Assembly (NCBI GenBank): GCA_964200185.2
Contig: CAXNAD020000013.1
Location: 1 to 48,428, forward strand
Reading direction: 5' to 3'
Length of the DNA stretch: 48,428 nt
Source: Choristocarpus tenellus KU-1152
Taxonomy: Eukaryota; Protista; Phaeophyceae
The notes under the pieces were generated by a model, which did not search any database, was not told the origin of the DNA, and saw only the letters and a list, made by a program, of their open reading frames with translations. Below are positions 13,401 through 24,177 of this stretch, one piece after another. Numbering within the stretch: position 1 is the stretch's first letter; every line of letters begins with the position of its first letter. The translations under genes were made by a program, and so were the position numbers.

Positions 13401-16400
13401 GCAATGAATGAAGATAATGAATGATGGCAATGAATGAAGGTAATGAATGATGGCAATGAATGAAGGTAATGAATGAAGGTAATGAATGATGGCAATGAAT
13501 GAAGATAATGAATGATGGCAATGAATGAAGATAATGAATGATGGCAATGAACGAAGGTAATGAATGATGGCAATGAATGAAGATAATGAATGATGGCAAT
13601 GAATGAAGGTAATGAATTATGGCAATGAATGAAGATAATGAATGATGGCAATGAATGAAGGTAATGAATAGTGGCAATGACATGATGATGGTGTTCACAT
13701 CAGCACCCTGGAATCGAACACACTTGTATTAACTGAACTGGGTAAAAAAAATATGGATAAGAATTGAAAGGAGTTGTGAGTACAAATTAAATCAACCCAA
13801 AAAATATCAACACACTCGATTGAACTGAGAGGTCACTCAAAATGTTGAATCCCATGAGGTAATGGCAGGAAATTCTCAGCAGACTACAAAACTCAATACA
13901 CACGAGAAACTTATCATGACTGACTCTTCATTAGTTTGGACAGAGAGCATAGCTGGGTTTCAGACCATGAGCGCTGGGTTAGCACATGGCCACGTTTAGA
14001 TAGTTGATGGTGATGTAGAGATCCTGTTCGAATATACTAGTCCAAGACTGTCCAACAGCACAACCATACTGAAATTTTGACAGCATGGAATAAAAAAATG
14101 GTTTAACCAGACTGCCATGGATGCCTTCCCAAAATAAACCAGCATTACTAGGAATTTTTTGTATTGCTCTGCTGAATGCAATTCTTTAAATCTCTCAAAT
14201 TTGAATGTAGGATCATCCTCAGAATGTTTGGTTTAATACAGGTAGCCAGGATGCTAAAGTTCTCTCCAGTCTAGAAGGGTCTGACTCTGAGAAAATCTTA
14301 TTTTTGATGTAAGAATTGACTGCATTTCATAGTTCAGTACACAATTCCATGTCTGTCATCAGCTTCATTATAGTCAATATAGTGGGAGTACCGTTTGGGT
14401 TCCTGAACAGAATTTCTTGCAGCAAAGTAATTTTTTCATTTTATGTATCAATGCAAAACAAAAAATACAGTTTCATAAAATAAAATTTCAATATTCTGTC
14501 CCACACCATCATAGATCACTTACTATTAGGATAGCAATTGCTGGAATCTTTCCACAGACATCAAATCCTTTTCACCACAAGAAAAATTCTGTATCAAATT
14601 AGGTTCATGTCCAAAAAAAATGCTGAATCAGTCATTCTCCACAAATACAACATTGAGAAATACTGTCTGGTGTATTACGGGGGGCACCACTGTTCAAGTG
14701 GGTCAGGTCAGGTCAGGTCAGGTCATTCAGGCTAAAACATGTTGAGTGACCCCAAAAGTTGTTCTAAATACTTGCGGCAATAAACACATTGTTTGTATTG
14801 TGTATGCCTTCAGCACGATAACCTTCCATCATTATGATAAGGTTAATTGGGATTGGATCAGGTCTGTTCCATCACATCTCTGTTTTTAAATGGCAGCAAG
14901 TTAACCCGCAGATCAGTACGGATACAATTTCTCCCAGCCCTAGTCCAGATATATCAGAACATACTGAGACCTGTTTGTACCACGAATTGGATATGTGGGT
15001 ATGTTTCAAGACAGAATGGACCTGTTCCATACATGTCAGAAAATACTGGAACTGGTACACCTGAAGGTCTAGAATGTTCACATCTATGTAACCTGATGAA
15101 AATTCTGGAAAAAAACTATTTTCAATAATGAAAAGATTTAGTTACAATCTCAAAACAATCTGTGACTTACAAACACAAAAAAAATACTTCCAACAATGTA
15201 ATTTACATGGCATGGCAAGTACAATGTATCTATACATAATAATTTGCTATATCCTACCAGAGGTGCATTGTGAGGGGCAGGCAATACAAGATATACAATA
15301 CATTATAGTCGGTGATGGGGTGATCACCACAAACAGATGTGCTACATACCTCCACTCCACCATCTGATATTTGCTTGCTTCTAAGTCATTGATAACTTCC
15401 CGAGTCACCTGTCATGAACAAACAGCATACACATGCATCATATATCAGTACACAGAGGCAGTGCGGAGTGTAAGTATGGGATCAACTACGTGCACACTAT
15501 ACAATTAAGATGGTCACGGAAAACATACTCAATACTGTATGAAGAATACAAGGACCATAACACACCCTCACCCCATGTAAGGTGCAATCCTTGGTTACTG
15601 TATGTGCTATGTTGTTTATCTATCTTAGGGGATACATTCCTGAATATATAAAATTTTAAAAATTGCCCCTGAAAAAATATATTTGTTGCTGATCTTCTCC
15701 TTCACCCTTGCCTGAGCAAGATATTGTCCAGCAATAAGATTGTCAGTCTTGAGAAATATTTCTCTAAGTCGCGATTGACCAGCAGGGTTGTACTTGAGAT
15801 TGAAGCGGTCAAAGCGATGGAAGGTGTTACTGGCATGCATGTCCAGTGTATCCACACTTAAGTCGTACGCATTGATGCGCAAGCTCTTGAAGACCTGTCA
15901 GAGGGGAAAATGCATTAGGAATCTTATTTTTAACACTCTACAAAAAATAATGTAATTGTCGTCATGCAATCAAATGTGTCCAATGTGGTCTGACCATACA
16001 CCACTAGCTCACCTCACTGAGTGTCAAAAAGCGCCCATCTCTAAAGCTGACAATCTCATTCGGGCAGCGCTTGAGTTTGTGTTTGATGAACCGAAGAAGG
16101 TGCTTTTGGTTCATACACGCTGAGTGGTGAACATGAGTATCCACCTTACGCACCAGACACAACACAACAAAACAATATGGTCGCAGGAAAGGAGAGACTT
16201 AACACTTCACCTTTGAAGCAGCTTGAATCAGTCTATTTTTAGCACTAAAATGTGCGTATGAAACCAATGGCCAGTACCTGCATTATGGGTAGAGCATAGG
16301 ATAGAAGTCCACCTGTTAAAGTCTAAGTGCAAATGAGTGTTCAGGATCACCACAGTCAAAAGAGCAATATTGAAGTAACTTGTTGAATTAACTTGTACAA

Positions 16401-19400
16401 TCAACTTCACCTTTCGGATATTGTAGAAATCTCTGTGGGGGACACTCCTCTGTGCTGTCTGCTCTGCCTCACCATTAAGTAGAACATGAAGGTTAAAACG
16501 AGCTTCCAGTATTTGAAGGCGTTTGAAAGAGAGTGTCCTCACTGGTCCTGTTTAGGGCATCATGCACATGGATGAACAAAAAATATATATCGCAGCAACA
16601 ATGATGGATGGATGGATCCATTAAATTCTACTCTAGCAAGGCATCCATTATGCTCTAAGCACATGCCCATTGTGACAAAAACAAGTACCAAACATTAACA
16701 CAATGTGCACTGTGCCACAATAGAATCACCAAGGTTTGTACCACACCAACATTCACCATCAGTTACATTAAGTAGTTGAGCAGTAGATGAAATTGGGAAG
16801 CAGAGTAAAACTTGAAAATCAACCTATCCTACTAAAATCACTCAATTCTCTTTCATCTACAGTCTTACACCCAACGTACATTACGGTATAACCTTGCCAA
16901 TAGACCAATAGACCAATAGACCCTTAGCGTTAAGGTTCTTCGGTCCACCACCATCAAGATTCTTGGCATGATGCCTTTTACACACAATATGGGGAACATC
17001 AAATCTTTTTTAAGGTTGATGACTGTATCCTCCCCACTCCTTTTGCCTTTCACCCACCACTCATGTCCATCTTTTCAGCCTTCCCAGTAGGTATCTGCCA
17101 ATATGCTCCCCACTTGCCGTACAATACAGGTTAGCTATTTGACCAAAATGACACTTCGAGGCCTGGCAAGGTACTGATTGGCTACCTAGCTATTTCATGT
17201 ATGCTGTGCTTTTCACCATTTGTTGCTTACTCCAAATGGCTATTGGTCAACACACACTGAGACTGGCTGGCATAGATGGTAGTGAGAACAAACTAATCTA
17301 GATTCTCTTTTGCATGTGCTAAACCTAACCCTAAACCATTACAAGGAATACAACAGAAAACATTTTCTCTGCCAGAACCATAGACTGGTGGGTGGTCCCA
17401 TTTTGCCAAGTTACCATATTATCTGTAATGCACCTTTGTTTCTATGGTAGTGGTAGGTATGGTATAGGCACTTGTCCTAATTCTTTGTATGTGGTACGCA
17501 CCACTGTGAATGATACTGTTAAGGACTAGCAGATCCTCCAAAAAATCTTCAACAGGGGGAATGTGCAACCCAGGTGCATCCAGGGTCTCCCCATCCGCCA
17601 ACGCATGGTACACTCCCTGCAACACATTCAGGCACCACAAATCTATGTCAAATGTCATGGCAACAGGAGCTCATCAATACTTTAGGATAGAGATTAATGC
17701 ATACATACTGGACTACTACTGACTACAGCAGAGGTTACCTTGTGAAACCAAGAGAAGTGTGGAACTTTCACGTGTCAGACAAATCACAATTTAAATTATT
17801 TGTGGTTCACAATTCAGTACAAAAAAATGATTTATACATAATTGTATGTGAAGGTTGAAGGAGTGGTGAAGATGTTCAAATCATTTCTACCCAGGAATCT
17901 TTTACCACAAATCGTATACTGAGTACAACTCCATGTTGAGAAATTATGTACAAATCCCAATTTTTCGATATATGTAACCTTGTTAGTTACCATGCACACA
18001 TGCTTTGTATATATCAATCATCATTTGGTCAACATGAATATGTGATTCGTTCCTATGTGTTAAGACAAGATCATTGTGTATTGGTGATCTGTCCCTACCT
18101 CATCTTGATGTACAAGTCTTACGTTGTGATTTAACAGGGAAAAAGTTGTGTGCAAATCTTAGATTACTATTACTATTAATAGTATTAATCCTACTACTGA
18201 ATTGCATACAGTACTTCATTTTGTTGTTCTATGATACTATTAAAAAACATCACCCCCCTTTCTACGTTAACACATTGTAGAAGCCCCAGAAGGGTCTTGG
18301 AAAATCTGTAGTGTGTCATCTTGGTGTCCATAATTTCACTTTTTATATTTGAAAACATGTACTCAAATAATATTCTGTATATTTACATATTTTCATATAT
18401 CGACGACGCCAAGCACACACATATATTTGTCACACCACTCCCCCATCTACAAAGCATGTACAAGCATTGTACATACCACCCTACTATCTGCAAAAAATGT
18501 ACAGTTCCCTGGTACGGAGACATTGTTATATTGATTTGAATCCCTCCGCAATGATTCTCACTTGTGAGTAAAAGGTACACAAATCATAGTGTGTTAATTT
18601 GTCAAAAATTATCATTTCAGAATATCTATCCCACACCACTCTCACAAATATGAATGGGTACAAATGATTCAGATCCACAAATGAAAGAGTTAACTCCTAA
18701 ATCTCTGACTTGTGAGGATGTGCCCCAACAAGCGTAACTCAAATTTATGACAGGAATGATGGTTGATTTGTCAGAAATTGATTTGTCCGATATGTGGGAA
18801 CTTCCCAAGCTTGCTCACCTGCACAACTTTGATACAATGGCTCGTCCTTGGGACATCATCTGGAGCAAATGGGTTATACACAGGTTCAGGCCTTCGCCGG
18901 AATTCCAGGTCAAGTTTTCCTGTGAGAGTATATGGTGAGCACAGAGGTATTGAAGGTATTGCACCATCAATGGCACCAGACATAACATCAAATAAGATAT
19001 GTGCAGATAACCAAGCAATAGAGTGAGACTGAGAAAGTCATCCACAAACAAAAACTTCCGTAATCCTTTCCCACCAGACAGTACTCCTTCCCTTCCGTAA
19101 CATATAGTGTACTCTTGGAAAGATGAAAGAAATATGATGTACACAAAAATAAAAATGACGATGCCCAGTTGATGAAATCACCTGTGTCACTCTCCACTTA
19201 TCAAAAGTAAAATGTCAGCTTTTATCGCTGACTGAGCTAGGTAACATGTCACATAAAAATGTACAATAATTGTGTGTGTCAACATCAAAAAATTTCAAGA
19301 TACCACAAGTCTAGGGTTAAGTCTAGGGTTAGGGCACTGCCTTATATATTTGACAGTACCTCACATTGATTGAGCGTCTAAGGCCAGCAAACCTTAAGCA

Positions 19401-20473
19401 AACCTAGTGTGAACGTGCACCAAAAAAAAGCAGTTTGGGGGTATTTTGACGACTTCTAACGGCGAAAGACGGCAACCCCCAATGAGAAAAATAATAAGAC
19501 GATTATTGTATAACACTTTGTGCAAGATAGTGCATTACCTTCTAACCATAGGGAAAATCGCCACTTTACTGTCTGACTTACATTTCAAAATGCTAGAAGT
19601 GGGACAAAACCGAGTGAAAAGAAGGCCCAAGTCCTCATCTTGGCATTCCAAACCTACGTGGAGAAAGCTGTGGTGGGCTGAATTGTACTGGTGGTTGAGG
19701 AGTGCATCGGTTCCCCTCTTGCGGTCTTGGCGGACCCAGGTTCATCCACTTGTCCCTCAGCTCAAGTGCGACCTACCAAGGATCAAGGATAGTAGGCATA
19801 TCGAATACTTCCAAGTATACAATGAGATGTCATGACCATTAATACATCGAGCTCTCACCTTGAAGCAAGATGTTACATCTACTTAATTTCGTGACACTCC
19901 TCCACAAAATGGATTTTTCATCCTATTTTACACGTAGTAACTCTTGCAAAATATTGGTTCTTCGTTTAACTGTGTTGAAATGCTTCATTGTTGATGAACC
20001 ATACTGAGGTGCTACAATTTGGCACAGATACTTCTTTCCACAGAAAAAACTACCTTCAACTGTTGACAGGCCTTCTCTGTGTCTGGATCAGGCGCTTTTT
20101 CTGCTCCGCCATAGATGAGAACACGCTTGAAGTCCTGTAATCGAGTGCGGGAAGATGGGGGCTGTGACAAGTCTTCCTAATGATAATACACATCTCCTCG
20201 CTTCTTACCCCTGTAATGACTGATATTTAGAATGGACAGAGGACAGCTTGGCTAAACGAAAAATATGGTTTGACTGTACACCTCAGGTTGAGCGAAATGA
20301 ACATGGACATTATGAAACAGTTCATCTCTGACATCTGAAGGCGCCATAGCTTCTGCCGCATACTCTCGCCCATCTCCGTCTTCCACTTGTTTGCGAAGAT
20401 TGTGGGCTGCAATAGCCCGCATGGCTCGGACCTTGATACCCTCATCTTCACGGACCCTTGTCTGATAATCCAT
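1472..20473 (-). CDS. AMPD: AMP deaminase, about 713 aa, 18 coding exons
   Basis: Exons on the minus strand, all phases consistent: 20473-20282, 20176-20054, 19772-19658, 18919-18819, 17616-17502, 16547-16411, 16144-16013, 15894-15712, 15408-15350, 13161-13020, 12470-12304, 12137-12026, 10437-10317, 8738-8536, 6568-6458, 3210-3145, 2060-2024, 1497-1472. The translation contains the AMPD hallmarks [31 protein letters not shown] (Zn-binding HxH), [36 protein letters not shown] and [19 protein letters not shown]. The last exon is uncertain: read-through of exon 17 would stop at 1986. Confidence 0.95.
4031..5733 (-). mobile_element. Tc1/mariner DNA transposon, plant/oomycete-type DD39D-like, full-length but defective, in AMPD intron 15
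   Basis: The left end CTCCCTCTGTCCCATAAGTCTGCCCGTTAATCTGTAGCTCTTCAGGATGACC (4031) matches the reverse complement of the right end, CTCCCTTTGTCCCATAGGTCTGGGCTGTTAAGATGTAGGTCTCCGGGATGACC (ends 5733). Similarity extends about 110 bp. CTCCCTCYGTCCC is the Stowaway/plant-mariner terminus. The TA target duplication is degenerate (TG...AA). Confidence 0.88.
4230..5135 (-). pseudogene. Frameshifted mariner DD39D-like transposase
   Basis: Minus-strand fragments occur in the correct order, broken by stops and frameshifts: [10 protein letters not shown] (cf. VHIDEKWFY), [22 protein letters not shown] (cf. FDGKIGIW), [31 protein letters not shown] (cf. QPPNSPDLNVLDLG), [31 protein letters not shown]. 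Confidence 0.88.
13280..13680. repeat. 13-bp minisatellite, about 31 units, in AMPD intron 9
   Basis: Units GATGGCAATGAAT, GAAGATAATGAAT and GAAGGTAATGAAT, mostly alternating as a 26-bp higher-order pair. Confidence 0.95.
14701..14725. repeat. (GGTCA)5 microsatellite
   Basis: ggtcaggtcaggtcaggtcaggtca read directly. Confidence 0.9.
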
Positions 20474-20700
20474 GATCTTTGATCTTTCAGGTTATGTAAA
20501 ATGGTAGTAGTTCAAAAGGAGTGTGAAGGTAAGAGGAAGACAGGTGAAGCCCCAGAGCGCCCAGAGCTGAAAACTGAGTGCAACATATATTTCTATAATT
20601 TGATCGATTGATCAATTTTCGTTACCAATAGTGTGATCTAAAGAATTTATGAAAGTTACATCGACTGGAAAATTTCGATGTAGATTACAATGGAACCATG
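20474..20700. promoter_or_regulatory. AMPD 5'UTR/promoter zone, possibly bidirectional
   Basis: Lies immediately upstream of the AMPD ATG and is locally CpG-enriched. It contains two small inverted repeats, TTGATC-gatt-GATCAA near 20600 and TACATCGA...TCGATGTA at 20657-20682. Confidence 0.45.
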
Positions 20701-23700
20701 TCTGAAGCGTATGTGGTGAGGTACTCTTTACGCGACTGAGAGACAACGGGCTCGCAGCGCAGTGAGAGGCACCATCAGACTTGAACTTTTTAGGTATTCT
20801 TCATGTTCGCCCTCTTTTCCCACTTCTACATACACTTTGATGTGATGTCTGAGAGACTTTTGTATATATGTACGGAAGAAAAGAGATTTTCAAGAGTTCT
20901 CAAAAAAACACGATGAAATGAGAAATGCACTATGTTCAACATATGTTACATGTTTTGTCTGTTGTGTAGGGTGCATACATGTGGCTACATATTGCTACTA
21001 CTACACTCTTCAGGTGGTATCCTTTCAGTTGCTTTTCTTGAAAGCCTATCATGCATCCATCTTCATCCAGGTAGTGCAAAAGAAGGTAAGGATTCACAAA
21101 TTGTCTGGGTCTGGACTGTTCTGTCTTGAGCTTACAATATTCCCACGTGTTGAGAACATACGCTCCACGGCTGCTTGTGTACCTGGAATCGCCTAAGGGC
21201 AAGTGTAGCCAGGCTTGGAAATTTTGATGTCCGTCTCGAAACCACTTGAGCAGAATGTTATAAATTCCACTGTCCATACCAATTAGTGGGAGCTCTCCTC
21301 CAACCTCGAGTGCATAATCCTCTACATGTGCTACTTTCTCTGCGTTGTTGATAAACTGTGTGTGTCATATCCAATATCTCACTACCACAAGCTGAACTCC
21401 CCTCACACATTGAAGGGGAAGCTCTTACAAACCCCTAGTTTCTCTTATGGGAGGGCACCCCAACTCAAGGTGTGAGGTACGTGGATGTTGTGGGTTTGAT
21501 TCCACCACAGGACGTCATTCTCTTCCTCCGGTGCTCTGTGCTCTTCCTCAATAATGCCTAGAACTTCCAACTTCACCTGCCTTTAAATAATTCATCTTCA
21601 TTCTTCTCTGGAATCTCACAAAGAATTTTGATTTAGGGATTCAGACAGGTAGCCATAGGACCTACTTCCACCTTCTTTGCCTCAATCCTGTATCACTTCT
21701 TCGTCCCAATCCTTGACATCCTGCACATCTCCCCCAAGCGCTCTTTGCACTGACTGGACTTTGAACAAGTGCCAGCATCTGCCTGAACTGATTGTATGGC
21801 ACATTTTACCCTTGTTGAACGTTGTACCAGTCATGCATGCACTCCAAGTGCAGTAGTAGGTCGTGATACTGTGGTGTTCACCCAAGTGACTAACCTTAAC
21901 CTTTGATGAATCACAGTCTGCTTTATCTGCTTGTATGAGAGGGTGCCTTAGTTTTTTTGCTTTTAGAGGTCTGCAACAGTTGATTGAATTTTATTGTCAT
22001 GCATGGTACATGTGATTATGTTGTGGACACAGGGAGGTCTTGTGAGTATCATTAAAACCGCCTAACAATACTTTGGTGTATTTTGGTCAATCAGAATTTC
22101 TGTGTGATGCAGAACTTTTTTTTGCAGATGGCGCAGTCAGAACATACGCACACAACAGAGCATGACCATTTGAATCAAGGTAGTGCAGGGACATAAACAT
22201 GACTACAAAATAAGTGGTGCAATGATATTGAGGACAAATGAAAGTTTCCATCCAACAACATATGGATTAGTGGACAAGTATGGTGTTTGTAAAGTACTCC
22301 ACCAATTTATATGCATATACCATCGATGGTATATTGTCAATACTTTATATCTCCATTGCTTTCTTCCACAGTTGTACCGCTCTACTGGTCTATTCCATAT
22401 TTGCTGCTCAGGGCTAGTTTTTTCATAGACTATCTTGCGGACTGTTTGCATGCTTGGATGGAATTGAGTATAATTAAATTGATTAGTTTATGGCTTCTTT
22501 GAATAAAACACTGATGCCTCCTGTCCCTCTACTAATCAAACCCTTCAATTCTATCTTCACATTGACTTCAATTGTTCTTTGATTATAGTGGACTCAGTAT
22601 ATATATTTATATGGTTGAAAAATATATTTTTGTTGAAGGTTTGAGGAACCAATTGCCTAACTGCTGAAGTGGAGATGATGGCATCATACATTTTACTGTG
22701 GACCTTCTCATTGTTAGTAGGATGTGGTTGGGTGGCCCTGGAATGCTAGGGTTGCTTCCAAACTTGGGATTATCATAGGCTTACTGAACTTGAGTGGGCA
22801 GAGCAAAAAGATTGTTTTATTATATTTTTTTCATTTTTTTTTCTTTGCAGCACCTTTGGAAAATACGATACATCAAAATCAGTTTTTTAAAAAACTTTAT
22901 CACACTGCTTATTCTACAGGACACCATTCCACGTCTCTTACAGTACGTTCTTGATTTACCACACTCACCTGCATGCACCAATATGTCGGTTAACTAAGAG
23001 AAGCTGTTGCTATTGCTAATAGTGATATTTCAAACAATGTAATGGTAGTAGGTACACAATGTATGCGTGTATAGATACCTGTGGAGTGTCTGCTCTAATT
23101 TAATTTTTTTAGTGCACTGTCTTTACTGGGAAGAGTCCCCAGAAATTTCTTTAGGTTTTTCACACTCCCTTACAACTATGCATCTGCCCTCTGACATAGA
23201 GTACCATCAAACTGTAACACCTCAATTTTGGCACTGAACAGTGCTATTAGTATTGCTTGTGATATTGATCCCCCCAATCCTAGCACCATACTATATAGTA
23301 AAAAAAACACCTGTACAGGAATCCCCCACCCCCCTGGTCTTTCCCAGCATCATGGAGAATGAAACCAATTCTTATCAATTCCACCAAATGCTCTTCATTT
23401 TTGGAATGGTTGTCTATTTTTAGTACTCCTTCAAAATATTGTTATATTTTTTCTGCTTTATGCTAATGTTTATTTACTCTGGAGTATATAAAATAAGTTC
23501 TGTACTTTTGCCTTACTATTAGTATATCAGGTGAGGACTTAGCCTGTCTTTCAATCACACAAGAGTAAGTGTATTTGGGTGTAGATGACAATGGGCAGAA
23601 GATCAATGTGGCCTGTCTGGAGCAGGTGTGCGTTTGAAGGGGGGGGGGACGGGTCACAGAGTATGGGTAGACATAACTGCGGTTTAAAAAAAGAGTTTCA

Positions 23701-23946
23701 AGTGCCTATTTCCATAGTTCGATGTATTTAGTTTTGTGCTTCATCTCTCTGTTGTCCCCCCTTTCTAATATAGACTGCTTTCTGTGGCATGTGAGTGTAT
23801 TTATTGCGCAATGTGCGTTCTACTATTGGTTGTAGATTTGGGGCTAGATGATGTGTCCCAGTAACAGGAGTGGCGTCTGTTACTGTACACCTTTCTCGAG
23901 AACATGAACATGAAGATCATGGTGAGAAAGATGGAAATATATGAAG
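20698..23946 (+). other. Candidate spliced lncRNA or 56-aa micro-protein transcript divergent from AMPD
   Basis: Exon-like blocks with good splice signals: 20698-20715 (GTG/gtgagg), 21014-21085 (cttcag/...AAG/gtaagg), 22128-22179 (ttttttttgcag/...AAG/gtagtg) and 23836-23946 (ttgtag/...AAG/gtactt). Joined, they give an open frame to TAA at 23864. No homology recognised. Confidence 0.3.
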
Positions 23947-24009
23947 GTACTTTGTTTTACATATATGATACTGATATATTAACATACACTGATAAAAGTG
24001 CATTGTATG

Positions 24010-24177
24010 TAGCCTAGCTAGGGACTTGTAGTTTACTACTGTGCAACTTCTGCCATTTCACCTTTAAAAGTGGAACTACTTCAACACAAGTACATTATAG
24101 CCTAGCTAGAGACTTGTAGTTTACTACTGTACGACTTCTGCTACATTTCACCTTTAAAAGAGGAACTACTTCAACAG
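24010..24177. repeat. Direct tandem duplication, about 88-bp period, 2 copies
   Basis: tagcctagctagggacttgtagtttactactgt...cacctttaaaagtggaactacttcaaca at 24010 and a near-identical copy at 24098. Confidence 0.9.

Noticed and set aside
13220-13698. Three overlapping ORFs of 65-151 aa with repetitive [11 protein letters not shown] sequence
   Set aside because: They are translations of the 13-bp minisatellite inside an AMPD intron.
16865-16915. RLYRNVRW peptide resembling AMPD 'NVRW' as a duplicated exon
   Set aside because: A short chance match with no splice sites. The true motif is in exon 13161-13020.
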